Under the pieces are notes generated by a model. That model had not been told where the DNA came from. It made no database searches and worked only from the letters and a program-made list of their open reading frames with translations. A stretch of DNA of 64,000 nucleotides from Squalus acanthias (taxonomy: Eukaryota): contig CM059432.1 of NCBI GenBank assembly GCA_030390025.1, positions 58,840,001 to 58,904,000 of the forward strand. Direction: 5' to 3'. Each line of letters opens with the position of its first letter. Within the stretch, counting starts at the first letter, position 1. Positions 13,533 through 26,517 of this stretch are shown here, piece after piece. Position numbers and translations under genes: made by a program.

Positions 13533-13970
13533 AGTAAATTAGATACAGAATCGCCAAAGCATATATAGATAGAAAACAAAGCATGTGTACTTTACAATTG
13601 CAGACCAATAAATTAAATCATCCTGACTATCTGCCGAGGTGTGATAAAGTTAATTAAGTCAGCCAGGAAGGTACCACATCAAAGACATAGCAAGATAATT
13701 TTCCCAGTAAAAAAGTAAAAAAATGTTAAAGCTTTTCGTTTTACATACAGACGGCAGCTTTTGACACGTTAGAACCCCTGCGACTACACCTCATTGTCTC
13801 AGTTGTATCTTGCTATGTCTTTGATGTGGTACCTTCCTGGCTGACTTAATTAACTTTATCACACCTCGGCAGATAGTCAGGATGATTTAATTTATTGGTC
13901 TGCAATTGTAAAGTACACATGCTTTGTTTTCTATCTATATATGCTTTGGCGATTCTGTATCTAATTTACT

Positions 13971-14012
13971 TCACCTGAGGAAGGAGCAATCGATAGCTCC
14001 GAAAGCTTGTGA
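13971..14012 (+). ncRNA. minimal type-I hammerhead ribozyme motif
   Basis: TCAC-CTGAGGA-A-GGAGC(aatcgata)GCTCC-GAAA-GC-T-T-GTGA: core boxes, 5-bp helix II, palindromic AGCT helix III, helix I TCAC/GTGA. Confidence 0.75.
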
Positions 14013-15109
14013 TTTCAAATAAAACTGTTGGACTATAACCTGGTGTTGTGCGACCTCTCAATTTTATCAGATCATACCCATTTGTTTCTATTTGTGCCGT
14101 CAACTCATCTATCTTGTTACGAATGCTGCGTGCATTCAGATAAAGAGCTTTTAATTTTGTCTCTTTACCATTTTTCCCTACTCTGACTCTATTTGCTGGT
14201 GCACGCTTATGTTCGTACGCTGTCTCCTCCTGTCACACTGGTTATAAATACCCCTGTCGCTACCCTGCACTATTGCCTTCTCCTTTCTCTTTGACTTTCT
14301 AAATTCCCCTTCACCTGAACCCTCCCCCCCACTATTTAGCTTAAAGCCCTATCTACAGCCCTAGTTATTTGATTTGCCAGGACACTGGTCCCAACATGGA
14401 TCAAGTGAAGGCCGTCCCAACACAACAGCTCCCTCTTTCCCCAGTACTGGTGCCAGTGGCACATGAATCGAAACCCATATCTTAAATATGATTTGAAACT
14501 ATCTGCAAAAATTGTTAGTGAGGCTTCTGCTAACGTCACTTGAATCAACTGTTAAGAGGTTTGAGAGTATAGCCTGTGTGACTCACTCTTAACATTTCTC
14601 CCCCCCCCCCCCCCCCCCCCCCCGGCCACACACACACACCTCCAAACTGTATGAAAGATGCCTGGCCTCCATTTGGCATTTCTACAATGGCTCAGTTAAG
14701 ATTGAAAGCTCCAGCACAAGAAATTGCATGAGCAGCCCTATACCTTGTTGCTATGTTATCACATACAAGTGATGAATTGCATCTATTTCAATGCATAAAT
14801 TCATGAGCAATGTCAATGTTCAAGCTCTGAGGTCATATTTGACTGTTTCCAGATGGCTATAGAGAGGGTTTCTATAATTGCCTGAGAAAATGATCAAAAT
14901 AGTGTAAAGATAAAATTATGGGGGGAAAAATCAACTAAAGAGGGTGACAAATCAAAGGAAATCAGCAATGGATCCAAATATAGAATATCTGCAGCATCCA
15001 ATAGACTAATGAATTGGCTATATGTAGTGTTAGTGAAAAGAGGCCAACCGATCAATTAATCAGTAGATGTCCCATGTTAACAGAAGCTTTTTCACAATCT
15101 GTGTGATGT

Positions 15110-18100
15110 GATAAATAGATTGGCATCGATAAGATTTAGATTAGCAATGAAGAGGAGCAAGGAACAATCTAGAGTGGAACTTCTAAACTGGAATAGGGCT
15201 AACTTCAATGGGATGCGAAAGGATCTAGCCAGGGTAAAATGGAACCAAAGACTGACAGGAAAAACTGTAACGGAACAATGGGTGATCTTTAAGGAGGAGA
15301 TGTTCTAAGTATAGGCTAGGTAAATTCCAACAAGAGGGAAGGGTAAGGGAACCAAAGCAAGGGCTCCTTGGATGACGAGTGAGATAGAGAAGATGATGAA
15401 ACAAAAAAAGAGTGTATGATGCATGTCAGGTGAATTCTTCAAGGGAGAAACAGACCAAATACAATAAGTTGAGAGGTGAAGTGAAGATGAAAATAAGATT
15501 GGCAAAGAGAGAATATGAGAGTAGAATGGTGGTTAACATAAAAGGGAACCCAAAAATCTTCTGCCGGCATGTAAACAGTAAGCGAGTAGTAAGAGGCGGG
15601 GTGGGGCCTATTAGGGAACAAAGAAGGTGATATATGCTTAGAAGCGCAGGGCAAGGCTAGAATACTCAATGAGTACTTTGTATCGGTGTTTACTAAGGAG
15701 GTGGACGCTGACAAAATATCGGTAGAAGTGGAAAAGGTAGAAGCAATGGAAGGGATAAAAATTGATAGGATGTACTAGAAAGGTTGGGTGTGTTTGAGTG
15801 GATAAGTCGCCTGGTCCAGATGGCTTGCATCCCAGGTTGCTAAGGGAATTGGGGGAGGAGATAGCGGAAGGGCTTGCCATAATTTTCCAATCTTCCCTAG
15901 ATGCGGGGGAGGTGCCTGAGGATTGGAAAGTGGCAAATGTGACACCATTGTTCAAGAACGGGTGCAAGGACAATCCTAGTAACTACAGGCTGGTCAGTTT
16001 AACATCAGTGGTGGGTAACGGTTTAGAAACAATAATCAAGGAAAAAATTAATGAGCACTTGGAGAGGTTTAAGCTAATTAAGGAGAGCCAACACGGATTT
16101 GTAAAAGGCAGATCCTGTTTGACTAATCTAATTGCATTTTTTGAAGAAGTAACAGGGAGGATTGATGTAGGGAATGCAATGGATGTTGTGTACATGGACT
16201 TTAGGAAGGCATTTGACAAAGTACCACATAGAAGGCTCGTTAACAAAATTGAGGCTCATGGAATAGGTGGGTCAGTGGCAGCTTGGATAAGGAATTGGCT
16301 TAAGGACAGAAAACAGCAAGTTGTGGTAAATGGCTGTTTTTCAGACTGGAGGATGGTAGACAGTGGTGTTCCATAAGGACATAAGAAAGAGCAGGAGTAG
16401 GCCATACGACCCCTCGAGCCTGCTCCACCATTCAATAAGATCATGGCTGATCATCGACCTCAACTCCACTTACCCGCCCGATCTCCATATCCCTTGATTC
16501 CCCTAGAGTCCAAAAATCAATCAATCTATCTCAGTCTTGAATATACTCAAAGACTTGCATTCACAGCCCTCTGGGGCAGAGAATTCCAAAGATTCACAAC
16601 GCTCTGAGTGAAGAAATTCCTCCTCATGTCAATCTTAAATGGCCTACCCCTTATCCTGAGACTATGCCCCCTAGCTCTAGACACTCCAGCCAGGGGAAAC
16701 AATCTCTCAGCATCTACCCTGTCAATCCCCTTCAGAATCTTGTATGTTTCAATGAGATCACCTCTCATTCTTCTAAACTCCAGAGAGTATAGGCCCATTC
16801 TACACAATCTCTCATCATAGGACAGCCCTCTCATCCCAGGAATCAATCTAGTGAACCTTTGTTGCACCGCCTCCAAGGCAAGTATATCCTTCCTTAGATA
16901 AGGAGACCAAAACTGTGCACAGTACTCCAGGTGTGGTCTCACCAAGGCCCTGTACAATTGTAGCAAGACTTCCTTACTCTTATACTCCAACCCCCTTGCA
17001 ATAAAGGCCAACATGCCATTTGCCTTCCTTATTGCTTGCTGTACCTGCATGCTAGCTTTCTGTGTTTCTTGCACGAGGACACCCAAATCTCTCTCAAAAA
17101 ACCAATATTTGAAAGTTTCTCACCATTTAAAAAATATTCTGTTTTTTCTCTTCTTCCTACCAAAGTGAATAGCCTCACATTTCCATCTGCCACCTTACTG
17201 CCCACTCATGTAGTCTATCTATATCCCTTTGCAGATTCTTTGTGTTCTCCTCACAGCTTACTATCCCACCTAGCTTTATATCATCAGCAAACTTGGATAC
17301 ATTACATGCCTCGGTCCCTTCATCTCGGTCATTTATTATAGACTTTAAATAGCTGAGGCCCCAACACTGATCCTTGCTGCACCCCACTAAGTTACAGTCC
17401 CCAAGGGTCAGTGCTGGGGCCACTGCTTTTTTTGATATATATAAATGACCTGGATATTGGAATACAGAGTAGAATTTCTAAATTTGCCGATGACACCAAA
17501 CTTGGGGGTGTGGCAAACCGTGAGGATGATACCAATTGACCGCAACAGGACACAAAAGCTAGCAGAATGGGCAGACAAGTGGCAGATGGAATTTAATACA
17601 CAGAAGTGTGAGGTGATGCATTTTAGCAGAAGGAATAGGGAGGGGCAATATACACTTAATGGCACAGTTTTAAAAAGTATGCAGGGACAGAGGGACCTGG
17701 GAGTTAATGTGCTTACGTCCCTGAAGGTGACAGGACATATTGAGAGAGTGGTTAGCAAAGCATATGGGATCTTGGGCTTCATAAATAGAGGTATTGAGTA
17801 CAAAAGTGGAGAAGTTATGCTGAACCTTTATAAAGCGCTGGTTAGGCCACAACTGGAGTATTGCATCCAGTTCTGGTCACCACACTTTAGGAAGGATGTG
17901 AAGGCCCTTGAGAGGGTGCAGAGTAGATTTACCAGAATGGTTCCGGGGAAGCTGGATTTGTTTTCATTAGAGCAAAGGAGGTTGAGGGGTGATTTGATAG
18001 AGGTGTACAAGATTATGACAGGTTTGGATAGGCTAGACGGGGAAAAGCTGTTCCCACTAGTTGATGGTACAAGGACTAGGGGACACAGATTTAAGGTTTC

Positions 18101-18352
18101 GGGCAGGAGATACAGGAGGGACGTGAGGAAAAACTTTTTTACGCAGTGAGTGGTGAGGACCTGGAACTCGCTGCCGACGGAAGTGGAGACACTCAATGTT
18201 TTCAAGGGGAGACTGGATAGGCACTTGAGGGAATAAACTTGCAGGGCTACGGGGATAGAGCGGGGGAATGGGACTGACTGGATTGCTCTACAGAGAGCCA
18301 GCACGGATTCGAATGGCCGCCTCCTGTGCCGTTATGATTCTTTGACTCTGAC
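15110..18352 (+). mobile_element. CR1 LINE ORF2 and 3' UTR, split by an antisense CR1
   Basis: ORFs 15798..16376 (ends SGVP) and 17445..18149; RT resumes PQGSVLGP at ~17400. Confidence 0.88.
16373..17397 (-). mobile_element. 5'-truncated CR1 nested antisense in the host RT
   Basis: 3' tail ataaggacataagaaagagcaggagtaggcc at 16373; ORF 16547..17086. Confidence 0.86.
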
Positions 18353-18769
18353 TCTGGTGTATTTGCTATTTTTCCATAGGAAATATATTGCAAATGTCAC
18401 ATTAGCTTTATGGTAATTTGGAACCCGGAATGAAATTTTACAGCAAGGATCCGTTATAGCCATTTAACAATTCATCTTTACTCTGAAAGTTTATGCAGCA
18501 GAGATTTGTTTCACCTGTGAAGCCCTCATCAGTACAGCAAACCAGTACAAAAAAACTCTCATCATCTAACTTAGCAGTAGTTATGCACAAGGCATTGGCA
18601 GTTTATCTTGATACATGTGTATCTGAAACAAACATCTTACTAATCAAAAATGCCAAGATGAACTGGAAGACTGATGGCTGATTCTGCCTGTCCTTTTTAT
18701 AAGCCAGTAGAAATCTGAAGTAGACTTGAGGTAATGAATTAATTTGTTTACTCTCTTTATTAATACTAG

Positions 18770-18942
18770 GTGACTTCAGGATATAAGGCCAAAAGTATAG
18801 CAGCTGCCCTTCCATCTCCATTTTTAGAGCCAATACTATCAGTCTCTCTAATGGAAGATAGTGAGCTAAGGCAGCTGGTACTACACATTCTACACAGTCT
18901 TATTGATCGTCATGAGAACAAGGCAAAACTCAAAGGAATGAG
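18770..18942 (+). CDS. EFR3A: EFR3A internal exon (VTSGYKAKSIAAALPSPFLEPILSVSLMEDSELRQLVLHILHSLIDRHENKAKLKGM-R)
   Basis: tactAG acceptor, GTAAAC donor; 173 bp, phase 0 to 2; resembles human VTSGYKAKTIVTALPGSFLDPLLSPSLMED... Confidence 0.93.
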
Positions 18943-19794
18943 GTAAACATTTTTTTGTTAGAATAAGTTATTACATATGCATGCTTGTATATTTTATTTG
19001 CATGTGAATTTCAGACTCCACTTCAATGAGAAACATAAACTTGCTGTTGCAATGTGGATTATCGCCCAGTGACAGTCTCTTAAATGTGACCGTTTTTTAA
19101 AAAAAAACATTATTTGTAACCGACAAATTCTGGTTGTTTTTTTATGTGGGGATACAAATCATTCCAGATTTTGACCAAACTAAAGTCTCAAACAGTCTCT
19201 TTTAATGAGAATAGACTTCTCCATGCAAAGTTACATTTGAATATTGAATTACTATGGCAAATTATCTTTACTGACATTTCTGGAATGCTATAAAATAAAT
19301 ATTTTGTTCTTGCGTGAATAAAAAAGGAACTTTTAGATATGACTTGACTTCCCTACACCTTGCATACAGTTCCCTCACATGGATTATATATTTTTTCCCT
19401 CCTATCCATGTAAGATGCAGTTAATTGTATATGTGTAGGAACATCTTTCCTGTAACAATAATGATTGACTTCTCATGGATCATGTGTCTTCAATCCAAAA
19501 TTACAACACTAGCCCTTTAAAGTATAAATTAGTGCCTGGAGGACTGAAAGTTGAGAATACGTTGAGGGGCAAAGCTCACAAAGTATAGCAATTCAGTTAA
19601 CTAGTCTCCCTTTTTCCACTACTGCAGGGAAAAGGTACTTGAGAAGCATCGAGAGAGATAGGGATTTTATAGAATCAGCAAATACTGCTCCATTTGTTCT
19701 GTATGACATTGAATACTTCATTAAGGATCGGTAAAAGTCCAGATGCTATATGGGTGTAAACTGTTTTGGTTGATGAGACAACCGTGCTTTAGAT

Positions 19795-19888
19795 GGAACT
19801 AAAAACAGAATATGACAGAAATGCACAGGTGGTTCAACATCTGAAAGTGAAATAAACATGTCAGATGTGACACTTCTTCATCAGAAAT
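19795..19888 (-). mobile_element. possible old relic of the Penelope-type hammerhead repeat
   Basis: minus strand ctgatgaag...ctgacatgtt; flank aaaaacagaatatg resembles the 37331 element. Confidence 0.35.
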
Positions 19889-20048
19889 ATAGTATGGTCA
19901 GGAGACAGCAGTGCTGCTGGGTTACACCACTGTAAAACAGATACAGGTGTCAAACCAGTACTTGCTGTATAGAAAGGTTATTACAGCTAGAGTCATAAGT
20001 AACACTAAAGCCTAATCTTGCGGTATGCCAGTATAATGTTGAATTGTA

Positions 20049-23000
20049 ATCATAGAATCATAGAAAGTTACAGCATGGAAGGAGGACATTTCGGCCCATC
20101 GTGTCCACGCCGGCCAACAAAGAGCTATCCAGCCTAATCCCATTTCCCAGCTCTTGGTCCGTAGCCCTGCAGGTTGGAGCATCCCAAGTGCACATCCAAG
20201 TACTTTTTAAATGTGGTTAGGTTTCCTGCCTCCGCCACCCTTTTTCAGGCAGTGAGTTCCAGACCCCCACAACCCTCTGGGTGAAGAAATTTCCCCTCAA
20301 ATCCCCTCTAAACCTTCCCCCAATTACTTTAAATATGTGCCCACTGGTTTTTGACCCCTCTGCTAAGGGAAATAGGTCCTTTCTATCCACTGTATCTGTG
20401 CCCCTCATAATTTTATACACCTCAATAAGGTCTCCCCTCAGCCTCCTCTGTTCCAAGGAAAACAGACCCAGCCTATCCAGTCTTTCTTCATAGCTAAGAT
20501 TCTCTACTCCCGGCAACATCGTTGTAAATCTCCTCTGTACCCTCTCTAGTGCAATCACATCTTTCCTGTAATGTGGTGACCAGAACTGCACGCAGTACTC
20601 TAGCTGAGGCCTAACTAGTGTTTTATACAGTTGAAGCATAACCCCCCCCCCCCCTGCTCTTGTATTCTATGCCACGGCTAATAAAGGCAAGCATTCTGTA
20701 TGCCTTCTTAACCACCTTATCTACCTGGCCTGCTACCTTCAGGGATCTGTGGACATGCACTCCAAGGTCCCTTTGTTCCTCTACACTACTCAGTGTCCTA
20801 CCATTTAATGTATATTCCCTTTCCTTGTTAGCCCTCCCCAAATGCATTACCTCACACTTCTCCGGATTGAATTCCATTTGCCACTGTTCTGCCCACTTGA
20901 CCAATTTATTGATATCTTCCTGCAGTCTACAGCTTCCTTCTTCAGTATCAACCACACAGCTGATTTTAGTATCATCTGCAAACTTCTTAATCATACCCAC
21001 TATATTCAAGTCTAGATCATTGATATATACCACAAAAAGCAAGGGACCTAGTACTGAGCCCTGTGGAACCCCACTGGAAATAGCCTTCCAGTCACAAACA
21101 CCCATCAACCATTACCCTCTGCTTCCTGTCTCCGAGCCAGTTTTGAATCCAACTTGACACTTTGCCCTGGATCCCATGGGCTTTTAACTTCGTGACCAGT
21201 CTGCCATGTGGAACCTTAGCAAAAGCCTTGCTAAAGTCCATATACACTACATCAAATGCACTACCCTCCTTGTTACCTCCTCAAAAAATTCAATCAAGTT
21301 TGTCAGACATGACCTTCCCTTAACAAATCCATGCTGACTGTCCTTGATTAATCCATGCCTTTCTAAATGAAGATTTATCCTGTCCTTCAGAATTCTTTCC
21401 AATAATTTTCCCACCACCGAGGTTAGGCTGACTGGCCTGTAATTGGTCTATCCTTTTCTCCCTTTTTAAACAAGGGTACCACATTAGCAGTCCTCCAGAA
21501 CCACACCTGAAGCCAGAGAGGATTGAAAAATGATGGACAGGGCCTCTGCTATTTCCTCTTTTGCTTTGCTTAACAGCCTGGGATACATTTCATCCGGGCC
21601 TGGGGATTTATCTACTTTTAAAGCTGCTAAACCCCTTAATACTTCCTCTCTCCACTCTGTTTATTTCATCCAATATTTCACACTCCTCCCCCCTGATAGC
21701 AATGTCTGCTCCGCCCCTCTCCTTTGTGAAAACAGACGCAAAGTATTCATTAAGAACCCTACCAACGTCTCCCGTCTCCACATACACACATTACCCTCAT
21801 GATCTCTAATAGGCCCTACCCTTTCTTTAGTTATCCTCTTACTCTTAATATATATATATAAAACATCTTTGGGTTTTCCTTGATTTTACTTGCCAAGAAT
21901 TTTTCATGCTCTCTCTTTGCTTTCCTAATATCCTTTTTAATTGCACCCCTGCACTTTCTGTACTCGACTACATTCTGGAGTATTTAATCCTCGGTATCTG
22001 TCATATGCCTCCCTTTTTTTCTTTATCCTACCCTGCATGTCTCTAGACATCCAGGGGGCTCTAGATTTGTTAGTCCCACCTTTTTTCTTTAAGGGCACAT
22101 ATTTGGTCTGAACCCTCTGGATCTCCTCCTTGAATGCCTCCCATTACTCTGACACTGATTTACCTTCAAGTAACTGTTTCCAGTCCACTGGCTAAATCCC
22201 CTCTGAGCTTAGCAAAATTTGCTTTTCCCCAATTTAGAATTTTTATTCCTGGTCTATCCTTGTCCTTTTCCATAACTACCTTAAATCTAACAGAATTATG
22301 GTCACTAGCACCAAAATGCCCAGCTTCATTCCCTAAAACTAGTCTAGAACCGCCCCCTCCCTTGTTGGGCTTGCTACATACTGGCTAAAAAATTTCTCCT
22401 GGGTGCATTTTGGGAATTCCGCACCCTCTACCCTTCACACTAATTTTATCCCAGTTAATATTGGGGTAGTTGAAATCCCCTACTATTACTGCCCTATAGT
22501 TTTTGCACTTCTCAGAAATTTGTCTACATATTTGTTCTTCTATCTCCCTCTCACTATTTGGGGGTCTGTAGTATACTCCCAGCAGTGTGATCGCCCCTTT
22601 TTTGTTTTTCAGTTCAACCCATATGGCCTCATTTGATGATCCCTCCTCACAGCTGTAATAGTTTCTTTCATCAATACCGCGACCCCCCCTCCCTTTTTAC
22701 CTCCCTCTCTATCCCGTCTGAAAATCCTGTAACCAGGAATGTTGAGCTGCCATACCTGCCCCTCTTTCAGCCACGTCTCTGTAATAGCTATAATATCACA
22801 GTCCCAAGTATCTACCTGTGCCCTCAGCTCATCTGCCTTGTTTGCTATACTCCTTGCATTGAAGTATATACCATTTAGTACAGGCAAACCTCCTTGTTGA
22901 CTACTATCTAGCCCTTGATTCCTCTGTCCTTCCAATTTACTTTCTATGTTTTTGTTTTCCAATTCCAGTTTTTCTTCCCTCCCTATTGACTCTATACTTA

Positions 23001-24285
23001 GGTTCCCATCCCCCTGCCAAGCTAGTTTAAACCCTCCCCAACAGCACTAGCAAACCCTCCCGCAAGGATATTGGTTCCGTTTAGGTGCAATCCGTCTGGC
23101 TTGTAGAGGTCCCACCTCCCCCAGAAACGGTTCAAATTCCTCAGGAATCTAAAGCCCTCCCTCCTACACCATCTCTCCAGCCACGCATTCATCTGCTCTA
23201 TCTTCCTATTTCTGTACTCACTAGCACGTGGCACTGGTAGTACCTTTGAGGTCCTGCTTTTTAACCTCTTTCCTAGCTCCCTAAACTCTGCCTGCAGGAC
23301 CTCATCCCTCTTCCTACCTATGCCATTGGTACCAAATGGACCGCAACCTCTGGCTGTTCACCCCCCCCCCCCCCCCCCCCCTCAGAATGCCCTGCGGCTG
23401 TTCACCCTCCCCCCTCAGAATGCCCTGCAGCTGTTCAGTGACATCCTTGACCCTGGAACCAGGGAGGCAACATACCATCCTGGAGTCACGTCTGCAGCCG
23501 CAGAAACACCTATCTGCTCCCCTAACTATTGAATCCCCCATCGCTATTGCTCTCCCTCTCCTCTTCCCCCCGGCCTGTGCAGCTGAACCTTCTATGGTGC
23601 TGTGGACTTGGATCTGGCTGCACTCCCCAGAGGAACCATCGACCTCACCAGTACTCTGCACCGAATACTGGTTGGTGAGCAAGATGGGCTCAGGGGGACT
23701 CTTGCACAACCTGCCTGGTCGTCCTCTTCTGTCTGACGGTCACCCATTCCATCTCTGCCTGCACACTCTTAAGCTGCGGGGTGACCACCTCCCGAAACGT
23801 GCTATCCACGTAGCTCTCAGCCTCGAGGATGCACAACAGTGACTGCAGCCGCCACTGAAGCTCCGTAACATGGTGCTCGAGCTGCTGTAGCTGGCGACAC
23901 TTCCCGCACATGTGGTCATCCAGACCACGGGAAGTGTCCAGGGGCGTGAACTGCCCTGCCATACTTCTAATTAACAGACTATTTACGAACCTAGCTGGAA
24001 TAAATTTAAAAACTTTAAGAAGGCCAAGTAAAAACACTTACCAGATACTCACCAATCAGCTCCCTCTTTTTGAACGTTTAATTTTTAATCCCGGCTCTTA
24101 ATTTAAACCAATGCCCAAGATAAAGAGAGAAATACTGACCAACCAATCACTTCCCTGCTTTCCTGTGATGTTACTCCTTGTTTTTGTTGTCAGGTCCGCT
24201 GCCTCTGCTCTCGGGCCTCGCTCTGCCGCGCTCTTTATATCCTCAAGCTCCGCTTTTGCTCCCTCTCAGGTCCGCTGCCTCTGCA
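20049..24285 (-). mobile_element. near full-length CR1 LINE (~4.2 kb): 5' UTR, ORF1 (Cys motif, coiled coil, SGNH esterase), ORF2 EN-RT, tail
   Basis: [56 protein letters not shown]; (catagaat)2 tail; multiple frameshifts. Confidence 0.9.
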
Positions 24286-24723
24286 ATATTTAGCTAAAGT
24301 ATTTTGCTTGGAGGCACTGGTGCATCTTCAATATTGGACAGCTGAAAAGTAATTGGTTTTGCACATTTTTAAAGATCTGCAGTTCCATTTATATTTTGGG
24401 AATGCTGTTTGTGTATAGTAATGATCTGTCCACAAATAAAATTAATTTCCTTTAATTTCATATAAAAGGATGTGTTTACTGGCATTATTGTACAAAAGCA
24501 GTTATGCCAGCTTGAGAGTTCACTAGCCTAGTCATATACAACCACAATTAAAATGGCTTGAAGGGCCAAATAGCCTACTCCTGCTCCTATTTCTTATGTT
24601 CTAATATGAAAATTATTTCAAAAGCACATGTTCAAGATCCACCATATTGTTTGTGGTGTCACTTTTATTTGCGGTGATTGCCTACACAATTATTCACTAG
24701 TATTGCCATTCTTTTCTAATCAG

Positions 24724-24799
24724 AATCATCCCCGATGTTTCAGCACTAAAGATAAAAAGAGAGAAGAGCTCAAAGCAAGACATAAGTTTCATGAAAAAG
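24724..24799 (+). CDS. EFR3A: EFR3A internal exon (IIPDVSALKIKREKSSKQDISFMKK)
   Basis: ctaatcAG acceptor, GTAAAT donor; 76 bp, completes the phase-2 Arg codon; human IIPDVADLKIKREKICRQDTSFMKK. Confidence 0.93.
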
Positions 24800-25194
24800 G
24801 TAAATAAAGATCTAATTATGCAATCTCATTTAGCTTGTAATGAACAGCTAATTAAAAATATTGAAGAAATGGTCAGCTTTTGTTAGGCTTTTAATCTAAC
24901 ATGCTGGTGGATTCTTATGGTTCCTCAATGTATTTGAGACAATGTATTTGAGACAATGTCTCAGGTTGGTACTCCAACTTAATTTAAAAATTCTAGGAAA
25001 ATCCTGAAAATTGCTCGATTTATTTTTCTCAATTGCATGTTATTTTTTCTTTCTCACTTTATTTTTCTCTCCTCTTTTCTCCTGTCAGCATTGACTTCTT
25101 GGTTGGGTATGGTTTCACAGATATTGGTTGCTCTCCAGTACCTTCATGTGAGTCCTGACAAGCTATTTGGCCATTGGATAGAAATCAGTGAATG

Positions 25195-25592
25195 ATTACA
25201 TGACATAGTATTTACAGCACAGAAATAGGCAATTTGGCCAACAAGTCTATGCTGGTGTTTATGCTCCACATGAGCCTCCTCCCACCTTGCTTCATCTCAC
25301 CCTATCAACATATCCTTCTATTCCTTTCTTCCTCATGTACTTCCCCTTAAATTAATCTATTCAATTTGGCTCAACTACTCCATGTGGTAGCAAGTTCCAC
25401 ATTCTCACCACTCTGAGTGAAGAAGTTTCTCCTGAATTCCTTATTGGATTTATTGGTGACTATCTTGTAATTATGGCCCCTCATTTTGGACTCTCCCACA
25501 AGTGGGAAAATCTTCTCTACATCTACCCTATTGAACCCTTCATAATTTTGAAGACTTCTATCAGGTCACCTCTCAGCCTTTTCTTTTCTAGA
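25195..25592 (-). mobile_element. CR1 3' fragment, same subfamily as 1-1617
   Basis: reverse complement matches ~1215-1610 (atagtcacca, ggaattcag, gtggagcataaa). Confidence 0.78.
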
Positions 25593-25664
25593 GGCTGCTA
25601 CAACATCTCAGTAAGACCTATCTGGCCCCATAGTTGGCTTTTGAATTATTTTTTTGCATTCTTA

Positions 25665-26517
25665 GGGCTGGATTTTGTCAATGGCGGCGCGTTGGGGCGG
25701 AACTGCTGGTTGTCGGGTTTCAGTCCCTCCCCCAGCAACGTCTGACCAACCCACGCTATTTTCCCTTGATTGACCTTGTTAAGCCCGCCCAGGCCAATTA
25801 AGGGGAAGCCGGTGACACAGGACGTCAGCGTATGACGTTTCATCTGTCAAATTTTTTGACACATGAATTGTCAGCGTTTGACAGTTTTGAGAAGCTGTCA
25901 AACACTGACAGTCTCTCCTAAGGTAAGCCCTTGCACTGAAGGCTCACCAAAACCCCTCTCCTCAGCAGAAAGCAGATGGCTGCTGCATCTGAGAATGCAG
26001 CAGCCATTCTGTCATCTCTGCCGTTGAGATGAGGCACCTCCGGATCCCCAAGGGTTGAAGTCTGCAGGAAGAAGCAAAGGTAAGGAAACTTTTTCCAACA
26101 CTTTACACTCACCTCTCATACTTACCTCTCCACACTTGCACCCATCACTCACCTCTACAGCGGACTTTTCTATCCCTCTCACCCCCGCAGACCCACTACT
26201 CACCTCGCTGTGGATCTGCGGGGGTGAGAGGGATCCTGGATAGTAGGTTCGCAGCCGTCGGGAAGCCCGCAATTGCAGGCGTTAAATGGGGATAAGCCTC
26301 AAAACTGCCTGTTAACTACCTGTTAACAGGCAGTTAATTGGCTCTAATCCCCTTCCCGCCCCTCAGACTGGTCCCTGCGCGAGTCAGGGACCCGCCTCCC
26401 GGGAAGATGGCACGGAGGCGGGTTGGGAGCGGGGTCGGTACCCACTCCCAGTTTCTGCCATTTTCCTGTCAGTCCTGCCTCCATACCCGCCGCCTCAGGG
26501 CTGGGAAAATACCCCCC
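25665..26517. mobile_element. PIF/Harbinger-type non-autonomous element (MITE)
   Basis: TTA TSD on both sides; imperfect TIR GGGCTGGATTTT / AAAATACCCCCC; CpG-rich with internal hairpins. Confidence 0.62.

Larger units (their letters stand above)
13405..14064. mobile_element. non-autonomous Penelope-like element with 260-bp inverted pseudo-LTRs
   Basis: arms 13438-13697 and 13806-14065 are reverse complements with 2 mismatches; 12-bp TSD tatcagatcata (13393-13404, 14065-14076); each arm has a hammerhead motif followed by AATAAA. Confidence 0.82.
9759..14480 (-). mobile_element. CR1 LINE (end of ORF1, endonuclease-RT ORF2, 3' UTR), interrupted by two insertions
   Basis: GDFNLHIDW...SDH endonuclease (11382..11990), KSPGPD/NYRPVSLTS, PQGSVL; ORF1 esterase end WDGLHL at ~14340-14470. 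Confidence 0.88.

Noticed and set aside
13438..14065. Long inverted repeats read as DNA-transposon TIRs
   Set aside because: One-sided extension, 12-bp TSD, AATAAA and hammerhead motifs fit Penelope-type retroelements better
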